From assembly GCA_002104905.1 (NCBI GenBank), contig MCFE01000124.1, forward strand, positions 97,248-161,247: 64,000 nt of DNA, given 5' to 3'. Both the position numbers and the translations under genes were made by a program. The stretch's first letter is position 1. Each line of letters opens with the position of its first letter. Shown in pieces: positions 52,252 to 60,397 of this stretch. A model generated the notes under the pieces. It worked only from the letters and a program-made list of their open reading frames with translations. It was not told the origin of the DNA and did no database searches. Source of the DNA: Basidiobolus meristosporus CBS 931.73 (taxonomy: Eukaryota; Fungi; Basidiobolomycota).

Positions 52252-52996
52252 TGTTGTAAAAATTTGCAATTCCACCTAAGTATTCACCTAACTTAGTCAC
52301 TTAGATCATTACCCTTAAATCCTAGAGAATACTGACCAAACTCCTTGTCAGGATTTACTTAGAATATTTTCACCAAAATACCAGGTACCCAGGACACAAA
52401 AATTCTCAAAGTTGTCCAAACAGCCCCATACTTTGCACACATGCTCTTGGGACCTTCTTTAACCTATTCTATGTGTTTTTAATGCCAAGACCTGGTAAAA
52501 GTATAAATACTACTTTTACATTCAATAAATCATTAAGTGAAAACCACATTATCTACTTGTTCTCCCAATCACTTCCAATATCTCCAAGACTCTTACAACA
52601 GGTTATGAGCCCCAAGCTGTCACTCTCTGCAAGGTCTACTACTGCTATTACTGGAGTTTTTCCCTCTGCTGAAAAGTTGGATGGATCTAACTACCGAGTG
52701 TGGAAGGTGAAGATGAAGATGCTGCTACAAGAAAGAGGCCTTTGGGATATTGTCATGGGAGAAGAATGCCCTCCTAAAAACGTGGGAGAGGAAGCCTTAA
52801 AGTACCAGAAGAAAGAACAAAGTGCCTTTAACTGCATTTGCCTTGATGTTAAAGACAAATTGCTAATTCAATGCTCAAGAGCAAAAATGGCAAAGAATGC
52901 CTGGAAGGCATTAGAAGACACCTACCAGTCATGTTCAGCTGCTAAGAAAATGTATCTGAGACAAAAACTCTTTACTACAAAGATGCTGCCAGGAGA
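52252..52996 (+). mobile_element. Younger Ty1/copia 5' end: LTR 52252-52600, PBS 52601-52612, and gag (ATG 52605) truncated at about 52996
   Basis: LTR TGTTGTA..TACAACA directly followed by GGTTATGAGCCC; gag reads EKLDGSNYRVWKVKMKMLLQERGLWDIV..AKNAWKALEDTY..KMYLRQKLFTTKM (UBN2-type). Confidence 0.92.
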
Positions 52997-53278
52997 AGGG
53001 TTAGGGGGGAGACAGTCACCAACAGGTGAAATCTGTATTTCAGCTGAAACAAAGAAGCCAGCGCTACTGTTGTAGCTTTAATACAAGAGTGTGTAGCTGA
53101 GGGGAATTTGTAGGTAAGTTAATAAGAAGTGATGATAGTTCTTCAGTGCTCAAGACACTGTTCAGTGGGAAGGGGGGTAGCAAGAGAGGTAAGAATGACT
53201 TGTGAACAACATTAATGAGGGGAATGTAATAAGGATTGATATTGATCATAAAGGGAGTGTGCTGCTGCAGATATTGCT
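52997..53278 (-). mobile_element. 5'-truncated retroelement copy A (3' UTR plus ORF C-terminus) starting at a telomere-like junction
   Basis: AGGGTTAGGGGGG at 52997 abuts broken copia gag; the body matches 53279-53560 with about 8 substitutions in ~268 nt. Confidence 0.8.
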
Positions 53279-53813
53279 TAGGGTTAGGGGGAGACAGTCA
53301 CCAACAGGTGAAATCTTTATTTCAGTTGAAACAAAGAAGCCAGCACTACTGTTGTAGCTTTGATACAAGAGTGTGTAGCTGAGGGGAATTTGTAGGTAAG
53401 TTAATAAGAAGTGATGATAGTTCTTCAGTGCTCAAGACACTGTTCAGTGGGAAGGGGGGTAGCAAGAGAGGTAAGAATGCCTTGTGAACAACATTAATGA
53501 GGGGAATGTGATAAGGATTGATATTCATCATACAGGGAGTGTGCTGCTGCAGATATTGCTGCCAAAGGTCTGTCAAGTACTTCAGGTAGGCCAGCTTGGG
53601 TTCTTCAGACTGCAGAATATAGTGAGCAAACTTCTTGACTTCAGGATCTCCAAGTATAGTTCTCCAGCAGGAGCCAGGTGTTGTGTGGTGTGTTCTCTTC
53701 CAGGCCTTAATCAGTGGGTTGTTGCAGTTGTGAAGTCTGAGGTATAATCTGGTTCTAAGGTAGAGAAGTCTGATCTTATAGGGTATAAACCCAAAAGCAC
53801 CAAGAATAGCATG
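53279..53813 (-). mobile_element. 5'-truncated retroelement copy B; open minus-strand frame resembling a post-RT C-terminal region
   Basis: Junction TAGGGTTAGGGGG at 53279; the frame HAILGAFGFIPYKIRLLYLRTRLYLRLHNCNNPLIKAW...HTLVSKLQQ* is open across the whole copy. Confidence 0.75.
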
Positions 53814-53942
53814 TTAGGGGAGAGAAAGTCACCAAGGTAGGTGAAATCTTTATTTGATTTCAGACAAGTCTAACTACAAATAAAGAAGCCAGCTGGGAAT
53901 AGAAGATTCCCAAAGTAAACACTAAGTTGAATATGAATAAAT

Positions 53943-54671
53943 CTAAGCTAAAGTTAAGGCAGTATCCCAGAGTACACTGGAGTTCAGGTTCATGGGGGAG
54001 TGAAGTAGATAAGCTTGAGAGATATAATAATCTTTTAAGAAGTGGGTAACAGCAGGTGAAGGGGAGTTTTTGATAAGTGAAGTGAATCTTGAGAGCAGAG
54101 ATTCTTCTAATGAGAAGGTCTTGTGAACTGGAGAATCAGGAAACTCTTTAAAGGCATGGTCAGTAGGTTCCCAGTAAAACTGGTCAGAGACATTTTGAGA
54201 GAACTCTTTAGCAATACTTTTGTCAAGTACTACCTCCAGAGTGTGATGGTTGATAAATATCATGTTGACAATCTTGGATAAATTGTAACCTTGTTGCTTG
54301 AGATACATCCTATGCTCAGATATAGGAATAAACTCTACATTGGCAAAGTAGCAGACAGCCCAGTCAGTAGCAGGAGGCAAATCAGAAGTGGCAGGAAACT
54401 TTCTTTTAGTTTTGGGAAGAGCAGCAGGATATCTTGAGGAAGCAGGAATACACTTTTTGACAGCTTCAGAGTAGGAAGATTGAGCAGGAGCAGATGATTC
54501 TTGGGGAGTCTTGTTGGCAGGAAGAGTTGACACAGGGACAATAGATTCTTGCAGATCAGAGAAGGCAGAAAAGAGCTTTTGAACTTGTTTCTTGAGTAAA
54601 GCATTTTCAGCTTCAACAAGTGCAAGCCTTTCCTCAAGGAAGGAAATCTGAAGGGAATGGAGTGAAGGCAT
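53943..54671 (-). CDS. ORF1/Gag-like protein of the telomere-junction element: N-terminal coiled coil and SYSEAVKK motif, about 242 aa
   Basis: Intact intronless ORF from ATG 54671 (LEERLALVEAENALLKKQVQKL); its 3' UTR ends in the same AATAAAGATTTCACC..GGTGACT..CCCCTAA motif as copies A and B (junction TTAGGGG at 53814). Confidence 0.65.
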   Translation of the reverse strand: MPSLHSLQISFLEERLALVEAENALLKKQVQKLFSAFSDLQESIVPVSTLPANKTPQESSAPAQSSYSEAVKKCIPASSRYPAALPKTKRKFPATSDLPPATDWAVCYFANVEFIPISEHRMYLKQQGYNLSKIVNMIFINHHTLEVVLDKSIAKEFSQNVSDQFYWEPTDHAFKEFPDSPVHKTFSLEESLLSRFTSLIKNSPSPAVTHFLKDYYISQAYLLHSPMNLNSSVLWDTALTLA

Positions 54672-54884
54672 AAGAAATAAGAAGAACAGGGTAGGTTGGG
54701 GTGGGTAGGTGGGAAAATTAGCAGGGAGAAGAGAAGGAAGGAGCAAAAATTCCAGAAGTCAGAATTTATAGATGGATGGACAAGGGTAGATGAATGGATT
54801 ATTCCTGGGTTAGGAAAATTAGCAGGGAGAAGAGAAGGGTTAGGGTGTAGGTGTTATAGTAAGGGCTAGAAAAAGGTTAGAAGA

Positions 54885-54953
54885 GCAGGGGGTCTGGGAG
54901 ATGCAGTCCCCTAGAGAATAAAAAAGCAGGGGGTCTGGGGGATGCAATCCCCC
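54885..54953. repeat. Two tandem copies of a GC-rich hairpin motif
   Basis: GCAGGGGGTCTGGGAGATGCAGTCCCC (54885-54911) and GCAGGGGGTCTGGGGGATGCAATCCCCC (54926-54953); the second has a perfect 7-bp stem GGGGGAT/ATCCCCC. Confidence 0.8.
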
Positions 54954-55486
54954 ATACTGCTCCCATACTCTTTAAATTCCCATTGGATTACTTTTCTCTC
55001 ATTCTTGGTTCTGGTCTCTTGGGGTTAGAATTCCTCCTCCTAACCCTTATCACCCTGACCATAAATATTTTTACCCTACAATTGGCACATTGTCTGCTCA
55101 TATAGTGGGCATGTCTGGGCCAATATTTGTCTCCCTATACTGCCCATATGCTCTGTATAAGTCTTGATGACTATTTAATTAATAAATTGTTACTTTTAAT
55201 GTATATCTAATAATTAATGGGATTCATCCCAATCTGGCCACAATCCCATATTTTGATAAGCTTTGGGCACCATAAATTGCGCGGCCCTAATATGATAAAA
55301 AAATTCATGGCCAATACAAATTTTCTGTAACCCAATTGCTTTTACCAAATATAAAGTGTATCCCAAAGTTCAATATATATTATGGCTATAATAGAAACTT
55401 TATTTGACACCATTGCAACTACTACTTATGTTCTATGCGCACATGTATCCCGCAGGAATTGTAAAACTTAGCCACATGGTACAAAA

Positions 55487-55859
55487 GTGCTTTTATTTTT
55501 CATCATGATAGTTTTACATGAGTTCTTAACGCACTTTGAAAGTACACAGTAGCCATACCCCAACAGGTTTTAAGGATGTCCACTAGCTACGTCTACTTGT
55601 GTCTAGCGGGAGCCATCAATCATCAGCCGCGCAATACTGAAATGCTTTTATTTTTCATCATGCTAGTTTTGTATGAATCCCTAATGCACTTTCATAGTGC
55701 GCGGTAACCATACCCCAACAGGTTTTAAGGATACCCACTTGCTACATTTACTTGTGTCTAGCGGGAGTTATCAATCATCAGCCGCGCGGTAATAAGGTGC
55801 TTTTATTTTTCATCATGATAGTTTTACATGAGTCCCTAACGCACTTTTATAGTGCGCGG
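55487..55859. repeat. 155-bp tandem repeat (about 2.4 copies), third copy interrupted by an LTR
   Basis: Unit start GCTTTTATTTTTCATCATG at 55489, 55644 and 55799 (period exactly 155). Confidence 0.92.
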
Positions 55860-56930
55860 TATGGTGGTGTATAAGTCCAAGGGAGAGATACATCCAACAC
55901 TTCTCAAGTGTTTTGTGTGTGGGGTGTTCACTGGGTGCGATAACCTCTGGCAAAAGCTTGCTAGGAATACTTGGGTTCTGTCTCTAATCTAATGTGAAGG
56001 GGAATAAAGCCACAAGCTTGTCAAGGGAAAACTATTGAGCTACAATCCCCAACTTAGTTGGCGTCTTAACAAAAGTATGTGCTGGGTTCAGCGTCCTTTG
56101 AGATGACAATGTACTAAAGCTTCCGAAGTCAAAACAACTGTAAACTCCACCAGCAGGGACTTGATAAGAATGCAGTTTTGGTCAATAGTTACAAAGACAG
56201 AAAAGTATCTTTGCCTGTACAAGAACAAACTTGGGAAAGAATCAAATATAATAAAAGATACCTACTCTGAGTATTCCTCACAAGTGGTGCCTCCAAGGTC
56301 AGTTGGCTGTCAGCACGGTTTCCTGGGAGTGTCCTGTGGTCTAGGGTTGGAAGTTCAGGTAGCAGCAGGTAGCAGTGATCACACTAATCAACAAGTTGGT
56401 ATATTGCTAAAAGGGATGATGATTTATTGTTGAGGGATAGCCTCCCTTATATACTTTTCTCACTGGCTAAGTGATTACTAATCATGGTGTTCCAGAAGGT
56501 TCCGGAGATCAATAGAAATCTTAATGACATCAGAATGACCTAAGAATGTTCTAAGTAGGTGCCGGAAGGTTCTAAGAGGCACAGCACATCCAACCAATCA
56601 GGAATCAGTATTCTGAAACCTGTGTAACATGGGGATACCATATACAGTATGGAAATGGTAGGGATGGTGACACGGGCTGATCATGTGTCACGGATACTGG
56701 CGCGGGTACTTGCCTAATATAGAAGTACTTATAGCTAGTAATCTTACATAAAGTGAGGGGTAACTTATGCAATAAGGTAAGCAGGTGTGATAGTCAACCG
56801 GCTTATGGGATAGTACTGATTGGGTAAGACAAATGGGATAAAACTAAAATAAGTGTAGTAGAGATATAGGGAAGTAGAAAATAAGGGAATGAGCACATCT
56901 GTCAGTGGGTGTCACTGTCACCCCACTACA
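55860..56930 (-). mobile_element. Solo Ty3/gypsy LTR (about 1.07 kb) with 4-bp target-site duplication GCGG
   Basis: The minus strand starts TGTAGTGGGGTGACAGTGAC and ends ..ACACCACCATA (decayed CA); GCGG at 55856-55859 and 56931-56934; homologous to 56935-58012. Confidence 0.88.
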
Positions 56931-56934
56931 GCGG

Positions 56935-59900
56935 TGTGGTGGTGTATAAGTCCAAAGGGCAAAATACAGCCAACACTTCTCAAGTGTGAATGTGTGTGGG
57001 GTGTTCACTGGGTGCGATAACCTCTGGCAAAAGCTTGCTAGGAATACTGGGTCTTTTATCTAATCTAAGTGATGGGGGATAAAGCCTCAAGCTTGTCAAG
57101 GGAAAACTATTGAACTACAATCCCCAACTTAGTTGGCGTCTTAACAAAAGTTTATAATGGCTTCGATGTCCTTTGAGATGACAATGTACTAAAGCTTCCA
57201 AAGTCAAAACAACTGTAAACTCCACCAACAGGGACTTGATAAGAATGCAGCTTTGACCAATAGTTACAAAGACTGAAAAGTATCTTTGCCTGTACAAGAA
57301 CAAACTTGGGAAAACAAACAAATATAATAAAATATACCTACTCTGAGTATTCCTCACAAGTAGTGCCTCCAAGGTCAGTTGGCTGTCAGCGCGGTTTCCT
57401 GGGAGTGTCGTCAGATCTGAGTCAGAAAATAGTGGTAATAGGTAGCGGTGATCTCACTAATCAATAAGTCGGAATATTGGAAGAGGGATGATTTATTTTA
57501 AGGGATAGCCTCCCTTATATACTTTTTTGCTGCTCAATTTCTTGCTAGAAAATACTTTCCGGAAGTTTCCAGAAGGTAGTAGACAACCAATCATGTCTTT
57601 GTGTACTAAAAATAGCGCAAATTCTTGGCGGATTGTTCCATGAGACATAGTAGTACCTAGCCAATCAGGTAGTGGTAACATGAAACCTCTGTGTCATGTG
57701 GTTGCCTCTTATGGTAGTGAGATGGGGGATTATGAAACCAAGATGGTCACGTGACATGGGCACTGTTGGGGTACTTGCCTTATAAGGTAACTATCTTATC
57801 TTGGCATCTTGGCAAGGAATAAGAATAGCTTGTGCAATGGGTTAATAGGGACAAATAGCTTGTCAGGTTGCATAGTAATAATCACATAGACAAAAATAGG
57901 AAATATTGCAAATTTGGGATGATAATAATATAGGCGGGGTAATCCTTTTTAGGGAAGTGAATGCATAAGAATGAGCACATCTGCCTGTGGGTGTCACTGT
58001 GACCCCACTACATCCACCCCCCTCTCAGCTTTGAACTCAGGTCAAAGCAAACTAAATGTGATGTGCGAAATTCCGGTGCTTGAATAGCTTAAGTTGGTTT
58101 CCTGCCACAGGTGCTCTTAGCAGCGTTCCATCAAGTTCAGACAGGTAGTAGCTTCCATTTCCAATCACCTTAGAGACAATATATGGGCCAGACCACTTAT
58201 TGTCAAATTTGCGACTCCACTGCTTGTCTAAAGTGGAATCATAGAGCAGTACTGGATCTCCTTGCAGTAATGGCTTTGGTCTAAGGCTATGTGACTTGTC
58301 AAATGGTTCCTTGTTCTGAAGTCTTGTCTCTTTGAGTTTAGCAGCTGCTTGGGTAATATCAAGTTCATGGTGATCAAGCTGTTTAATGCGTGTAGTCAGT
58401 AGTTCTTCTGTACTCATTGTAGTTCTCCACTCTAGCACATTCCAGGATGTTGAGTCAAGCTCTATGGGAAGAATGCAATCATGTCCATAAAGCAATTTGA
58501 ATGGAGATAGACCTGTGCTGCGTTTTGTAGTGATTCTATCTGCCCAGAGTGCTAGATGAAGTTGTGTAGGCCACTGTAGTGTCATGTTGTTACAGCTCTT
58601 GACTAGGGAGTTAACCAATGGGCCATGGCCTCTTTCAACCATTCCATTGGCCTGTGGGTGATAAGCGGTGGTGAAAGCAATATGAATCTTGTATTGTGAG
58701 CAGAGTTCCTGGATCAAATTTGAAGTCATTTCTCCTCGGTCAGCAACAAACTGGCTGATGCAGCCAAATCTGCATATTATATCTTCAAGAATAAATCTCC
58801 ATATGGTGTGGCTTTTGTTATTGGATAGGGCTCGAGCTTCTACCCACCCACTCAGATCATCTCTGGCAACAACAAGGTACTTCTTGGTTCCAGCAGTTGG
58901 CATGTGGACCAGGTCAATGCCAACCTTCTGCCATAGACAAGGTGTGTAGGTTGGATGGAGCGGCTCCTCATATCTCTTGGTTGACCTTCTTTGGCAAATG
59001 TCACAAGATTCAACAAAGTGTTGGACATCATGATACATATGCTCCCAGTAGTATCTACTGGAAACAACATTGTAAGTGGCATCTCTGCCTCTATGACCAC
59101 CGGGTCTTCCTTCATGAAGGCTTGACATAATAGTCAGTTGTTCCTGGGGCTCAACTATAACTCTTCTTGGTGTCTGTCCAGGCTTTACTCGTTTGAAGAG
59201 GAGGCCATCTTTTATGTAGAAATGATGGGCCTTCTTCCTGAGCTTTCTGAAATCATGTGGGCTCATTCCTGGTGGCTTCTCTAAGGTTCTCAGATAGTCT
59301 TGAATGGTGTTCCACGTAGAGTTGCTGGGCTTCTTCACGTGTAGTTGTCGGATTTCTGCATCAATTATGTCATCAAAGTCAGGGTCCATATCTTCAGACA
59401 ACTGTGGTCCCTTCCTGGAGAGTGCATCAGCCACAACATTTGTTGTGCCAGGGATATGTCTGACCTCAAAGTCAAACATTTTCAGCCATGCCATCCACCG
59501 ATTTGTGGCATCATCAGGTAGATCAGGCTTGTTGATCATTCCTATAAGTGGCTTAGCATCTGTCTCCAGGATGAAATGTGTCATGTAGAGTTGTGACTTC
59601 AGCTTTCTCAGCATCTTCACAACTCCTAGTAGCTCTCTCTTAATCTGTGAGTATCTTTGTTCTCTAGGAGAGAAGAGGCAGCTCTCATATCTGCAGGCAT
59701 AGCGGTTACCATCTTCATCATCTTGGCCAAGTAGTGCTCCAGCTCCTACAGGGCTTGCATCCACCGTCAAGATAGGTGGGCATTCAGTGTTCTGATAGTC
59801 AAGAGGTCTCAGAACTGGTGGAGATACTAAGGCCTCTTTTAGTAATTGCATGGCTTCTTCTTGCTCTTCTCCCCAGTTAAATGGGGCATTCTTTCTCTGT

Positions 59901-60397
59901 AGTCGGTAGATTGGTTCTGCTATCTCAGAAAATCTTGGGATCCAGATCCTAAAGAACCCACAAGCTGCCACAAAGCCACGAGCTTGTGTTAGATTTGTGG
60001 GGGTAGGCCAGTTGCATATCTTTTGTGTCTTGGAGTCTCCGGGTGAACGACCAAAGGTGTTGCATTTTTGTCCAACAATGGATATCTCTGATACACCAAA
60101 GCTGCTTTTCTCACCACTGATGGTGAGTCCAGCTTCTTCAATGGCTCCTAATATGGCATCATTGTCTGAAATATGGTCATAGACAAACTTTCTTACTCCA
60201 GGCATAACTTCAGTTGTGTCCCGGAGTTTTGGTCCTTTGATGCCTATGTCATCAACAAAGACAGCAAGTTTCTCAGGTATAAACCGGTAGAGCACATTTA
60301 CCATGCACTCTGGAACTGAGCCACGAGTTTGTGCCCTTGGTAAGTCTTGTCATTCTTACAGTCCAATGATCTGGAGTGCACATATCTCTGATGTCTC
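56935..60397 (-). mobile_element. Ty3/gypsy (Ylt1-like) 3' half: RT from motif B/C, RNase H, integrase (ORF 58052-60304), PPT 58013-58026, 3' LTR 56935-58012; gag, protease and 5' LTR absent
   Basis: FVDDIGIKGP..VRKFVYDH (Ylt1-clade-like RT), VDASPVGAGA, YSQIKREL, NVVADALSR, H..HRG..TY..V..YYW..C..C, DDLSGWVEARAL, YHPQANGMVER, KWSGPY; no chromodomain. Confidence 0.95.

Noticed and set aside
53010-53060. Hairpins in the retroelement 3' motif (CACC-AACA-GGTG; TGAAAT-CTTT-ATTTCA) as a possible Penelope-type hammerhead
   Set aside because: The CUGANGA and GAAA catalytic core is not present in the right arrangement on either strand; the hairpins are real but a ribozyme is unsupported.
55585-55632. 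CTGATGA plus a 9-bp stem on the minus strand of the 155-bp unit (hammerhead or Helitron 3' end)
   Set aside because: No GAAA after the stem, and the CTAG is not preceded by a proper Helitron hairpin.
55487-55859. 155-bp repeat as a CRISPR array or 5S rDNA
   Set aside because: Eukaryotic context, whole units are repeated with no unique spacers, and there are no 5S internal control region motifs.
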